A model generated the notes under the pieces. That model was not told where the DNA came from, did not search any database, and saw nothing but the letters and a program-made list of their open reading frames with translations. A DNA stretch of 62,144 nucleotides, filler included, from Choristocarpus tenellus KU-1152 (Eukaryota; Protista; Phaeophyceae), in NCBI GenBank assembly GCA_964200185.2. It is 11 parts of 11 records of this genome, joined end to end, with 100 filler letters (N's around TTAATTAATTAA, not from the genome) between each part and the next. Parts side by side here need not be neighbours in the genome. Positions count along the whole stretch, not along the records: positions 9,435 to 17,384 come from CAXNAD020005350.1; positions 17,485 to 21,408 come from CAXNAD020017120.1; positions 21,509 to 27,033 come from CAXNAD020010527.1; positions 27,134 to 38,492 come from CAXNAD020002371.1; 7 more parts are not named here. The stretch is one strand, 5' to 3'. This document shows, piece by piece, positions 13,965 through 27,345 of the stretch. How positions within the stretch are numbered: the first letter of the stretch is position 1; every line of letters starts with the position of its first letter. The position numbers and the translations under genes are program-made.

Positions 13965-16447
13965 TCAAACAATGCATGCACGAAGCCCATTATCTAAGTC
14001 CTTCACACGGAGGTGTTTTCCAATGAAGACCAGCTTGCATCGACGCTCCTCGCCATCCTCCCACATAGCAGAGGCAGATGGGGTCACCTCAAAGAGATCC
14101 GCCACCCCCTGAACAACAAACTTCTCCCCACGACCCTCAACACTCACAAGGCCTTTCAATCGATACACCTCTGGTACTGTCTCCTTCACTCCTTCACCTC
14201 CACCTTCCTCCCACAGTAGTTCCCCAATCCACCTCTCCAGGACAGCAAGGTCTGCATCACCCACACATTCTACTGAGTGGGTTGTTACTTTGGGGTGGTG
14301 CAACCTGGGGACTGCTTCGTTAGCCACTTGGCAAGTTGAACAATTTTCTGTGTAACATTTTGTACTTACAGTGTTCTTGCTATCCTTGCAGGTATCTCCT
14401 GTGTGACCTCGGCCCTGCTGGTTGTTCTCAGCTTCTACGCTATCTCCTAGTTTATTGCCCACTACTGTCACAATCCCTCCCCCCTCACGGTCTGTGCTAC
14501 AGCTACAGGAGGAAAGTTCGTCTCCAGTCTTTGGCATGCGGTCTTGTTCCATTGGTGGTCCTGCTCCCTCCTTGTCAATGCCATGGTGCTGATCACGAAG
14601 AGCAGGGTCAATGGCCAGTATGATCTCAGGGTTAAAGCTCCGTATGTTGAGGATCCAACCAATGTCCACCACGGACCTCTGGGTGCAGTGCACGCCTGCC
14701 ACAGAATTGATTATCTGCATTTCTTTATTGAGGTCATTCAGCTCACTTTCTCCAACCAGGTCAATCTAGGGTGGTTGGATGGAAGAGACCAAGAGTGGAC
14801 AAAGAAGGGGTCAGACAGGCACTTCAAACTCTTCACCCACACAAAGGGTTGCAGAATTCATGTTCTTACGTGTTTCTACTTTTAAGTGTAAATAGTGAAG
14901 GTTCACAGGTGAGTATCATACTACTGAACATAGCAAGCGAAGTGGAGACCATCAGATTTTTTTACCTAGAGAGAACTGATATGAAACGGCAGGAGGATCA
15001 CTCAGTGCTCCAAATATGGACATATTCAAGTAAATGGCCCTTGCAGCTGATTGTGCATGGAGAAGAAATAAACTCACATGTCACAAATGGCAACACATGA
15101 TGACTACTTCAAGGCTAGTTGTCATGTGGATGAGACTACTGCACTACACCTAAGGAGCATAGTCAACTCCAGGTTTCAAATAATGGCAGTGCAAAGCAAA
15201 ACAGATGCGAACATCCATTCACTGTTGTTGTAATTGGCTGTCCAGTGTGTGTGTCTCCCCTACTACTCAATAGTTACCGATCATCACAATAAAAGTCACA
15301 CAACAGATGCCTGTCTACATAGGAGTTCAAACATATTCTTACAAAGGCAACCGCACACCTTGTTGACAATGATGCGATCTGCAAAGGCAATTTGCATTGT
15401 AGCCTCATTGGTATATTTAGCTTTGCTCTTATTTCCACTTGTACTGTCAACTGTCTCGGAGTCCCCATCATCTGATGCAATTGAATTCGGTCGCAAATGT
15501 CGCCAAATGTTTTTGGCGTCCACAACCGTAACGATGCCATCTAGCCGCAATGCGCTCTCCAGAGCTTCATCCAGCCAGAACATGCTTGCCACAGGACCCT
15601 GAGGAGATATACAAAATAATTGAAACCTGCTGAGCTGACCCGCTGCTCATGTAATGTCTGTAAAGGCTTGTATTTCATGTGATTCCAATCGAGAACAGGT
15701 ATAGTTGACTTGTTTAAAAGTGACTGGATAGACACGGAGTGATAGTGGGTTGCGAACCGGGTTGGCCAGTCCAGTCGTCTCGATGATGATATAGTCGAAC
15801 TTTCCACGGCGCTCTAGGAGTGTTTCCAGTGTCGTCACCAGATCATCCTTGACAGTACAGCAGATGCAACCATTTTTCAGCTCGAACAGATTATCTGCCA
15901 GTAAGGATCCGTCCACACCATTCTAGGCACGTTCCAGAAGGGACGGGTGGGGCAGTGGTGTCTAGTGAGGTGAGTTGATGTCAAGGTTGAAGTGACCAAG
16001 TGGCAATTCACCTTGAACTACACCTCCATTTAAAAAAAGTATACATAATGATCTTACCTTGGCAATGAGTTTCTCGATTTCCATGCTATCTCCAAATTCG
16101 TTTTCAATCACGGCTATCCGATACCCATGATGTTGGGTAAGGATGTAGTTTAGGAGGGTGGTTTTTCCTGAACCGAGGAATCCCGTTAAGATTGTCACAG
16201 GAACTTCTCCAGGTAGTATCACTTTCACGGCACTATCCTCGCCTCCCTGTCCGCCCAGAGTTGCATTCGGGATCTTCGGAAGGGTGGGAGCCAGGGGACT
16301 GAGGGGAGGGGCTGGCTGGGCCAACAATGCGTCATCCTCAGCAGTGACTGTGCTTTTCTCCTGACCAATAAGATGCGTTAGATGCGTAATTGGTGTTGCA
16401 GCAGGAATAAGATCAGGGGGTAAATCTTCCTCATCACTTGTGTCCAT
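13965..16447 (-). CDS. ZNG1: COG0523 / CobW-domain Zn-regulated GTPase metallochaperone (ZNG1/CBWD-like), complete, about 531 aa
   Basis: Exons 16447-16058, 15922-15758, 15598-15359 and 14765-13965, all phase 0. Motifs [19 protein letters not shown] (CxCC), [22 protein letters not shown], and a CobW_C domain ([17 protein letters not shown]). Confidence 0.95.
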
Positions 16448-17771
16448 CACACCTCTTCAGGTGCTTAGAAGTTGGTGCTATTATAGTTGCATGTGACAGA
16501 GGGTGATATCGCGATTCTTGGGGTAGACCACCTGCGCGAGAACCTTTTTTCACGCGAGGAAAAATGTTGTATTAGTGAGGTTATAATTGAAAATTTAAAC
16601 GTTTCCAAACAAAATAGGAAGCGATCGAATATATCCTACTTGTTTGTGACACCTCCTAAATCTGCTCCCACCTTGAATGCAAAAAACATAAGAAACACGA
16701 AATATGTGAGGTAGGTGAAGATTTCCAGTCCAGATTTGTGAACCAAAATCAAGGGTGATTGGTCGACCTCTACCCCTGGAAACGCCTTTCATGGTGTTTT
16801 CAGGAGTTAGCATCAGTAGTAATCAACTACATATATACACTGAAAATATTCTAACATTTATCACCACGACATATATTATGTCAAAATGGCTATCAACAAC
16901 AACAACAGCAGATGATGAGGCAACACCTCGTTAGCGGGCAGTTAAGGATCAAAGTACCTGTCACCTGGCTGGTATCTTTGCTCTCGAAGTCTCATATGGT
17001 ATCATCACAATGATGTGAGTGGATGTCCTCGTGGGTCAGTCAATGAGGTAGTGGCAACCTGTAAGAATTTAGGGGGATTGAGCCCCTTCAATGCCAGACG
17101 TTCTTTCCCCGAAAACCTGGTTTCGAAGATGCTATTATTCTACGGCAAGTACAATGGATTTTACACCTCTTCTTCTTGTTGTACTGTCCTGTCTGTGCTA
17201 TTATTCCGCAAAAATGTCGGAATGCAACATGAAGGTGGAAGATTTGATGCAGAGGTGCAAAAGAGTGTTTGAGGGAGGAGGCAGAGCGATGAGTTATGCA
17301 GGAATTGCTGAACCCAACGTGAGAAGCACTAAGGGAGGAGACCCAAAGTATCTGGGGGAGGGGGGGGGGGGATCTACACCAGGGNNNNNNNNNNNNNNNN
17401 NNNNNNNNNNNNNNNNNNNNNNNNNNNNTTAATTAATTAANNNNNNNNNNNNNNNNNNNNNNNNNNNNNNNNNNNNNNNNNNNNCCCCCCCACCCCCCAC
17501 CTACGCCCCCCCCCCCCCCCCCCCCCCCACCTCAAATTCCTCAACCTATCACATCCCCATGCTCATCTCCCATCCTCAATAGTTAACCTCTCTTGCTAAG
17601 CTTGGGCTCAATAGTAGATCACCACATTTGCTTCTGGACTCCCCTCATGCCCCCCCACCTCACTGGACAATAAATTTGGGGGTGACTGTACATATCTAGA
17701 GACTAGCTTTCACACTTGTGGCTTGTGTTTTTGTGAGTGCAAGAAATTTCCTTGCATCCTGATAGCCAAGC

Positions 17772-19897
17772 TCAGCCCCGCTTGAAGACTCTTCCTTGAG
17801 CGGTCTTCATCGACTTGTCTTCCTCTTCTGGTACTGCTCGGTTCAACACTGATGGTACAGAGAGAGAGGTCCAGCAGAGTGGACCAGAAGGGTGTCAGGA
17901 CACTAGTTTAGGAAAAGGGATGTAGGAGAAGGGGCCACAAGGGCAATATCATTCCGAGACCAAAATACCATTAAAAAAAAATTAGACCAGAAAATAACCA
18001 TGAGAGCAATTGGAGGGGAAAAAAAAATGGATAGCTGACTCCGATGACTGAGACAAATAAACCAACTTGAGAACTTCATCCCCACGTGCTGTCTGTCCTA
18101 TGCACCAAACTTCAGGCTCCTACTGTACTCAGACACACACATCCATGCACTGTGAAACCCTTAAGAGCGTACATCAAACACACAAGTGTGTTGGCTCTAC
18201 CACAAATCAGGGACCCATACACCACAGGACACCCCCCCGCCCCACATCCTGCTCTACAGCAGGGACTCTTAAGTCTCGGGGAGAAGGCAATAACAAAAAA
18301 GAAGAGTGATCTAAGCACCTTTGAAGAGCATTGCATGTCAAAGGTGTGGGACTTCTGTACAACCCCCCCCCCCCTACGGTATACCAATAGGTACACCATC
18401 ACAGAAATAACAGAGATAGAACAAAAATCTTAGCAACAAACACCTCCAACAAGCACAACAAGTTCAGGGGAGCCTGCGTAGTTACGGTTTTCGAAAGACA
18501 ATTTGTACCTTGCATGTGATTTTTAAAAAAGGATTATACACTACCCGTTTCCTCACCCTGTAGCAGTCCCACCACCCTCTTCCGCATGCGCATGTGCATA
18601 TAGGTCTTGGTTGCCTTGAGGTGATAGTGCAAGTAGTTTCGAAAGCCTGTAAGCAGGGTAACGGTCTTTTCTTGCCTCCCCTGATCGATATGCTGCGGGA
18701 AGATGACTGTGACAGATTCAAATGGTACAGAGGTTTGGGGGTGGGGGTCAGGGTGGGGCAAAGGGGGCCAGCATCTAACATGAATGCAACAAAATGACCC
18801 ATCACAGCCGCGCACTCCTCATACCTTCCCCTTGCTAGAGATTCCGCACTAGTCTCCATCTCCTGTGCAATACAGTCAACATACAGAGCAAGCGAAGTCC
18901 ACACTGAAACACCAACTTAAATATGTGTTCCCAGTGATCTGCACATCACCGAAAAAAGCACAAGCAGATTCTTCACGAGCCTTGAAAGCAAGGCATTCTT
19001 CTAGAAAACCCTCATGCCCTAACATCCCCCCCCAAAAATGCCCTTCCCTTCCCTTCCCTTCCCTCCCCCCCCATGCTCACTAAAGCTCAGGTATCCCACA
19101 GCCCGTTCTCCAGGGCGACTTGAAGTGCTCTTGAGCTCAAGAGGGGCTTCTGGAGTGAAAGCACACGGAGGAGAATTATTTGCTACCCGCTGTGCATCCA
19201 CAAACTCTGCAAGGAAAGCCTGAGGGTGACATCGGGGAAATGCATTATGTCGGTTGAAAGCTTGATGAGGGAGGCAAAGGTGTACTGTACTTGAGGTGGT
19301 GTCGTCTAGTTGTCCAAGTCTTGCGGGGGGGGGGGGGGGGAGGCATCTCCCCACAAACCTCGGGGAAATAGGTGGCCCGGGTGAAGAGGAGGAACAAAGA
19401 GAGATCTAACGAGGACTGCTAGATAAGAACAGAACCCTATTGTAGGAAAAGTTCTCCTTTGCATGGCATAACAAAAAAAAAGCAACACTCTGCTCAAGTG
19501 CCCCACAGTGCAAACACTGCTATATCATACCCACACCCATACGTACATGTCCCAGCAAACATGATGCTGCTCCCACAATAAATGCAGTACTCGCCAGTAG
19601 TACCGACAGGGTCATATACTGCATGTACAGTATTGAAACAGTGTAGACTACCTCCTACCCCTTATCCATAATGCTGCCTTTAGTCCTCACACTACAGGAC
19701 AATACACTCAACCATTGTACATTGGGTTGCACTGTATTCTATTGTAGATTTCTTTGTCCACTACAAAGAACAGGCAAGCATCCTTTGCCTACCCGCCCGC
19801 CTTCAATCTTCCTACATGTATCGTGTCTCACCTTGGCTATTGCTCTTTCATCCTCCTCTGGGAAGTCGATTGCAAATATTATGGTCACCCGGTCCAC
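17772..19897 (-). CDS. ARPC2: Arp2/3 complex subunit 2 (p34-Arc), last four exons (5' partial)
   Basis: Exons 19897-19832, 19219-19081, 18706-18557 and 17848-17772 join in phase: DRVTIIFAIDFPEEDERAIAKAFLAEF..PLELK..GYLSFIIFPQH..FRNYLHYHLKATKTYMHMRMRKRV..VLNRAVP..KTAQGRVFKRG*. Confidence 0.93.
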
Positions 19898-20530
19898 CTG
19901 TCCCAACATCAACCGTCATAAACACACACACACACAATACTTCTCTTCAAAGGATGATTGTGCACCAGGAGCAGAATTGAAAAAACCCCGGGAAATATCT
20001 GCTAAAGCATCTCCAAAAAAATACCCAACTGAAAATATTACGTAGCATTTACGGTTTAGATCCTTTGTACTCTTGACACATGAATTAATTACTGCACCTG
20101 TGAGAGCAGAAAGCAAGGGCATAGAAGTGCTTTTAGACACACACAGATATAAGCTATCCTGCACACCAGCCAATACGCTGGTCCTAGTCACTTCTCGCCA
20201 AAACTTCACAGAATGCGCAAACTTCTTCAAAACCTAAAAAGGAGTTTGGCACTGAAAGGCGGTGCAAAATGACAGCACAGGCCAGGCCAACTCTCCCGTT
20301 CGAAAACACAGTGACCAAACTCGAAGATCCAGATTTTGCCTCTGAAATCAAAGCGACACATATTGACGCCACACACACACGGTGGACACACTAAATTTAT
20401 GCAGACGCCTTTTTGCCCTTTACACTTTGCCCCCCTCCCCCCGCCATACGATAGTATGCAAACGCTGGATACGGTATGCCACATGTCCACGGGCCTCTCT
20501 CCTCACCCCCCCTTTTGTCCAACACACAAG

Positions 20531-20533
<3 letters not shown>

Positions 20534-20570
<37 letters not shown>
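20534..20570. repeat. (TG)n microsatellite; others at 7100-7205 (TG, interrupted), 33378-33430 (TAG), 45636-45673 (AG), 46120-46157 (GGCA), 47740-47762 (AG)
   Basis: Seen directly. Confidence 0.95.
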
Positions 20571-20573
<3 letters not shown>

Positions 20574-21329
20574 TGTCATATGTGCAATGCAGGGATGCTG
20601 GGCTTTGAAGAACCTTCGCAAGTTCAACAGATATAAAAACTCCTCATGCACACCCCCATGCAAACAAAAAAACAGACTCAAGTGCACAGAATCAATTGGC
20701 AATGACTGTAGAACCAGCTCATTCGAGCACTCGGATGGCGTAGGCCTCCTCTGCAACTTGTACTCAATTCGCTGCTTTTCAGCCTCTGGACTGGGAAGCC
20801 CCTCATGGAGATGCAGCGGCGTGTATGTGAAAGTAGGCCTTGTGAGAACACCCTAAAAAAATGAAGGGCCTACAACGATGTCTAGAACATCAACCACGGA
20901 TGCTTGTATGAAAGCCGTGATGATTTCGGTGACAAAATTTGACCATTATTTCTATTCTCTGAAATGTGTAGTACTACTGTATGTGTGGAGATTCACATGC
21001 TTTCGGATCAATAGCAGTGAAGGTGTACTCAGTGAGTTTTTTATTTTTCACAAATTGCAGACGAATGCAGGAAAGTTTGCATACCAATAGCACAAGATCA
21101 GACTGTAAGCTCTCCAGTGGACTGATGGTCGCTCTCCAAATCAGTTCAATGTTGAACCTCCATTTCATTTACAAGAACATCCCCTGGAAAGAAGTGACTA
21201 TGACCACCACAATCAGACAAGCCGCACATACTAACCTGGACTGGTGAATTTGAATGCAATTCACAACATGCATCACAACAAAATGAAATTTTTGGTTCAC
21301 CTCTTGTCTCTCCCTGAGTTTGCTTGCTC

Positions 21330-21362
<33 letters not shown>

Positions 21363-21999
21363 ACCATCCATCAAACAACAACACAAACCACAAAAACACC
21401 TACCCCCCNNNNNNNNNNNNNNNNNNNNNNNNNNNNNNNNNNNNNNNNNNNNTTAATTAATTAANNNNNNNNNNNNNNNNNNNNNNNNNNNNNNNNNNNN
21501 NNNNNNNNGCGCATACAAGTATTGACATTATATGATGACGGACCTCTTTGTACAAATATCTGTCATGCCCGAGATATCGTTTGTTGCGATCTGCCCCCCC
21601 CCCCCACCCTGTCAGATACGCTGATTTGCATTTGTCTATTTTCTCGAGCAAGTTGTTGGACTTGTAACACATCGCATGACAACAACAGGGAGAAGGAGAA
21701 GAAGGCTACCATATCTAACGGTGGTTGTAGTAAAAAAAATCTTCCAGCACATAAAAAAAAGAAAACATCAGCTTTTTCAATTTGCTGCTCATTTGTTGTA
21801 CCCCTCCTCCCCCCGCCACCGTGAGAAACTGTGCATGTCACCTGAAGCAAGCAAGGGCGCCAACACTGGTAAGCATTTTACCGGGAGTGCAACAGAACAT
21901 GAACAACCTGCTTGAACTAACTACTGGACGAAAGAAGCATCATGAACAACAACATTCCTGTATCCTCTGTTTGCCGTTGGTCAATCATTCATTTGCAGT

Positions 22000-24900
22000 T
22001 TAAGTGTGCGCCCCCCCGCCGCTCCCCTCCCCCCCTCCTCCCCATCCCCCGTCCCAATCCTCTTTTTCCTCCTCTTCGTCATCCTCTTTTTCCTCCTCTT
22101 CGTCATCCCCTTCATCCTCCTCTTCATCCTTCTCTTCTTCCTCCTCATCCTCCTCCGAGTCGCTGACATACTCCAGCTCGTCTTCCGGCGCAGAATCACC
22201 GGTGCCCCTCCACACCTTGCGAACTTTCCCCTTTCCACCCCTGGGGGAAGAGGGACAGTTGTGCTTTCTGGTGGTGATTGACGTCAAGTCCGAGTCCGAA
22301 TCCTGCACTTCGAACCCACGAGAATGCACTACCGTAAGACCCGGGAGCACGTTGAATGGTGATCTCGTGTCATTCTTTGCCCGGAGTTTGCACACCCTCC
22401 TGATTACGGGCATGACGAACATCTGCTCGGGGCCAACTTGGGAGAAGGGGAGGAGGACCTGGTGACGGCTTCCGCTTTGAGGAACTTTTGACGTGAATTC
22501 AATGTTGGCATCGTCTGCCTTCTCAGTCCAACGCATGTAGTAGAGAGGGCAAGTGGTTGCCACGCGCAAGTAGAGCTCTGCGCACGGCCCACACACCTCT
22601 GTTCCAGGCCAAAGCATGCGCTTGGGCTGGTTATTGTTGGCCACATGAAGCAGCCGAATGCACTGTTCTTTTTGGTCGTCAAGAGAGATCGAACAGAAGG
22701 CCTCTGATCGAGAGTTGCACACTTGGAGATCACCCCATGCAGGGACGTCATTTCCGCCGACTTTGTAGTCTTTCCCGTCAAGCGGGAATAAGGTCATTTC
22801 GGCGGGATTCGAGGACGAGCTTGCACACGGCTGAGCATTGCGGAATACAAAGACGGCGGTGGGGTTGGAGGGGTGTTGGGGAGGGGGGCTAGAGTTTGGT
22901 CATTCATGAATGGACGTGATTTGGAGGTGTGCAACCGAAGGTGGTGCAAAAACGGCAACCTTATTGTGGCAAACGTTGAACACACGACGGATTCAATACT
23001 TATCCGCAAGGCCCATAGTTTTCTACGCGGTGTATTTGTGTGCTGCATTAGATAGGTTCGGACTTGGGAAGAAAAAAAACGTGTCTACTGCGTGCCAAGA
23101 GCGTGACTCTGCCATTCGTTCTTGACAAATATGTTATGAAGTGCATTCTATGCCAGATTCACCTCAATCTGTTAGCCAAAGTCCGTTGCCACCGTCTTCG
23201 CAACGAAAACGTTCGCCTCATCGCGTCCCGTTGCCTTTCCCTGAGGATTGACGGCCTTAGCAAAACATCGCTGCGTCTCAATTGGGATGAGGGTCTGACC
23301 TAAGGCTTCCGGCAGGCAGGAAGGGCCTATCACGCGTTCTTGAATGAGAGATGTGGATACCTGCAACATCATGCGCGTACATGTGACAGCCTGACCATGT
23401 GGCATTCAAGTGTTTGCCATGCGATAAGGTTACATCACGTACGTAGGGGTTATTCCGGCGTTGGTTAAATATCTTGAGGTGTACCGTAGCACGTTTGTTT
23501 TTTCGTGTGGGGAAGGAGGACATTACGACGTAACAACACTCACACACACAAAGTCTTGGGGTCTCGCGATTTCCGTTTGTGGTGTGGGTCACCGCGTGCA
23601 CTGTGTTAGCAACGTGTAAACATGGACAAGGAAACATCACTACCACAACCGCACGCCCGACACCTATCCATAGCGAACGAAGACAGACAATAAGTTGGAA
23701 AGAAATGGAAAAAAGTCGGCAGAATGAAAGTATCTTAGAGGGTACGNNNNNNNNNAAATTGCAACATTGGATTTTGACCCCCAAATGGACGCGGCCCTAC
23801 CCTCTAAGATACTTCAGCTCAGCACACCCATATTATCTTCCACTTGGTGTCCTTGTAGGCTTGGCCGAAGGAGGTCTCCATCTTCTCTTTCACATCGTCC
23901 TTTGACGCCGCGTTGGACACGAACACCTCCATCCTCCTGCTCCGTTCAAGGGCTGCCCTCCGTCACGTTGCGCCTCTCTGCGCTGAAGGAGACGATGGTG
24001 TCCCCGGATTCGTGTACCTATCATAGGAGGGCAGGTCGTAAATTACCCCAAGGAGTACACTGTATTGCGCACGGATTCATCATATGGCAATGTATGAGTA
24101 GCGTACTGATTCAGGGCAACACACTCTTGGTGCGGTTTGACGCGTAATATACTGATTCAGGGAAACACACTCATGGTACAGTTTGGCGCCCCTGAACTGT
24201 CACCCAGCTTGTTACGTTACTGTTTAACTATACTGTACCTATACAAAAAAAGTTGTTGCTCCCGTGAAGAAGGGCGTGTCTGACGTAATTAATGAACCTG
24301 TTAACGAGGAAGTGGAGGGCCCTCATGGGGATGTCCGTCACAGCACCTTGGTACTCGATGTCACACATGGTTTGGAGTACCGGAGGAGATGGATCACTCC
24401 CATGACCAAAGATGTCGTCGAGGGTGACTCGCTTGTGGCATGTGAACTCTGTCTCATCGTTGTGCGCAAGAAGAATCATGTCCTGGTGGCATCTGAGATG
24501 GGTATAAGTGCCTGCGAGAGGGCGCCCCCCCCCCCTCGTCTTGTACATTATAAGCAGGGGATGATCTTCCACAACCAAGCCGACCTTCAACGCCATAAGA
24601 GCCCCTGAATGAAGAGAAGGCGGGAGTGAGCGCATGGGTCTGGCATGCGTCAAACTTGACAGTGACAGCACACAAGTACGGTATTGTTGAGCTTCATGAA
24701 ATCTCGTACCACTAACATAATAATAGTACAACGAGGGTGGAACGCAAGCCAGATAATAAACGTAAAAATGCAAACAATAGGAAATTCTTTAATAGAAGGA
24801 AAGACAGCAAGAAAAAAGCAGTGAAGACAAGTAACACCAGCATGCGATTCGCGGACAATCAAACAAAGAACTACGAAGGACCCGGGGGGGGAAGAGTAAA

Positions 24901-26858
24901 AGACGCAAAAGGAAATACAAGGTACGAAGAAGATGAAACAACATGGGGAAAGCAAAAAAAAAATGCATCTCTTGAACGGCCGACACCGTTTCCGATCGAC
25001 ACACGGGCGGACTGATAACGGCCATGGCGGATTGCAATAGTCTTCTGCAATACACCCCGTATTTCAGCGCTGGCAAACTCTGCAACTCACAATGTAGGTG
25101 GTGAAATTGCACGGCCCACGGGTGGGGCACAAATAGCGCGATGGTTCCCTGAGGATGTATCTTCACCTACAAGCACTTCATCACCTGGCGCAAGTGGGTG
25201 TTGGTCGCCTCTTTGTCGTTGAGGAGTCTTGGCTCGGTGGCGATGGACACTATGGCGAGCTTTGGCGCGTTTGCGGAAGGCGAACTCTTTCAGGCCGTCT
25301 AAGGGTAGTTTCGGGTTGAGAGGGCGAAGGTCATGTAGTGCAGTGTTCTCAGCCCTGGTTGGACATCATGGTACATGACACAGTACACAGACAGCACGAC
25401 AAAAAGGACAGCATCGTAAACAACGGTGCAGGCCATGGTATCAATAAGTGAGGACCTGATAATATTTTCCCGGCATCCCCAAAATGTTAAGCCGTACCCT
25501 CCACAATGCCAGACCCATCAGATACATCTCGTGGAAGGAGGGAAGACGTCAAAACAGGTAAGTTCCATGGCCCATGGAAACCTCCAAAAAAACGCCATAC
25601 CGAACACACAAAGGACGAGCAATCCACATGATGTACAACCAGCCAAGACCCACGTGCAAACCGACGCGAAACCGAACGCGCAGAGACGACTTGTATGTCC
25701 GTATAATGTGCAACCACGCCGAGACCCACATGCACTTTTCCATGTCCGCCGCTTCGCTGCGTGAGGGGGGATGTAAAAGGCTTTGCCTGCTGGGTGACCC
25801 GCCCGCACTCCTTGCGTTATGTTTATCCTTACCCTTGCCCCTGCCCTGACCCGCTGCTGCGTTCCCCATCGGTCCAGTCCCTTCACTGCCCTCCTGTGTC
25901 ATGGGGCAATTGATACACAATCGATCCTTGTGCCTCTCGTCGCCCACAATCTCCACGTTGGCACATTTGCCCATGTGCGTGATGGAGCACTTTGGGCAGG
26001 AATACCTGCCGCACGTGGCATCGAATGAGAGGGTCAAACAGACAGAACAGCATTTTTCCAAATCATTAATTGGGCGCAACAACACAACACGGGGATCCAT
26101 GACTGTGAAGGACCAAGAAATTGGCGGCACAAAACAATACGAAGTACAGGTGAGATACAAGAGTCGGTTGCGACATGCACTAACACACTCGGGCTGTGGC
26201 AAACAAAGAGACCTGGGGGTAGCGACCGCAGCGCCACACGCAAATGGACCCCGCGAGATCCACCGGTGTGGTGGCGTGCATTGCTGAAGCAAGACAACTT
26301 AGTTAGACATTCGGGCGATTGGATGAAAACCAATCTTACGCCATTAATTACCCACCATCCGCATGTGCACCATTACAACTACATTACTCACCGAGCCGTA
26401 GGTGGAGGATTGCATTCAGTAAAGCAAACGCCTGCATTCCACCCTCCATGGCCGTTTTGTTCTTCTGCACCAGGAACGCTGTCGACAGAACCCCCCTCGC
26501 CCGTATCCTCCCTGCTTGGCAGTCCATCTCCTCCCTCGTCTTCATCCTCTCCTTTGTGTTCGCACCCTCCCTCGTCTTCTTTCTCACTGCCATCTGATGC
26601 CGATCCATTGTTGCTCTCGACGTCTGCGCCGCCGCCATCACCGCCCTGCCTGCTGTGAACCTGATGGAGGTTGACCTGGTCGAGGACATCCTGGTATTTC
26701 CCATCCCAGGCGGTGAGGTAAGCACGTAGCGTCGAGTCCTTCTCGAGAATCTGGTGGTGGACACGGCCGAGAACGTTGTTGAGGAGAGGAGGGGACGATG
26801 GTGACGTAAAAATGGGAGTGTAATGGAAGAACGATAGCATGTCAATCGAACAGAGCAA
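22000..26858 (-). pseudogene. Decayed multi-exon gene: acidic region - PHD-like finger - beta-class N4/N6 DNA methyltransferase-like fold - SET-like domain - acidic tail
   Basis: Reconstructed exons ~26858-26392, 26102-~25740, 25354-25091, 24604-24298, 24017-23828, 23294-23163 and 22830-22000. The last five join in phase through GT-AG introns. It contains at least 4 in-frame stops, two compensating frameshifts and an intronic MITE. Motifs are listed under findings. Confidence 0.65.
23722..23820 (-). mobile_element. MITE copy (same family as 28030-28288, opposite orientation, middle collapsed into a 9-N gap)
   Basis: Ends gaatgaaagtatcttagagggtacg ... taccctctaagatacttcagctc with flanks GGCA/AGCA. 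23756-23820 is the near reverse complement of 28030-28093. Confidence 0.85.
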
Positions 26859-27133
26859 ACGATATGGTTGACATGGTGGACGCGTCTAATGGAGGCCGCT
26901 TGCAGGGCGAAATAGTTTGAAAGAAGTCATTGTCAAGGACGCCAGCCCATCTGTAGGTTACGACAGGCACACGTGTTGGAGGCGGGAACGAGGTACAGAT
27001 TGACCAAGATCTTGCCCAGAGTTGAAGGCAACGNNNNNNNNNNNNNNNNNNNNNNNNNNNNNNNNNNNNNNNNNNNNTTAATTAATTAANNNNNNNNNNN
27101 NNNNNNNNNNNNNNNNNNNNNNNNNNNNNNNNN

Positions 27134-27345
27134 GTGGGGGATTTTAAATGTAAGAAAAAAAAACGTTGTATGCCCGAAACGGACGCCCCCCCACAAACCC
27201 CCCCCCCCCCCCCCCAAGATACTTTGACCCAAGATATCCTTGTTCCGAACACACCATTTCATACCGTATACATTTTCCTACCCGGGAACATTTCGGATTA
27301 GGAAAATGTAAAAAAAAAACGTGGGAAGCCAAGCCCCAAATAAAA
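27134..27345. mobile_element. Nested MITE fragments: a TIR end (cccaagatactttgaccc) abutting an internal segment homologous to 28134-28243
   Basis: atatccttgttccgaacacacc..ttttcctac..ggattaggaaaatgtaa..gggaagccaagccccaaat aligns with the interior of the 28030-28288 element. Confidence 0.75.

Noticed and set aside
136-16447. Apparent zinc/metal cluster (carbonic anhydrase + ZNG1 + oxygenase)
   Set aside because: The carbonic anhydrase is on a different contig, two linkers away, so adjacency is not evidence of linkage.
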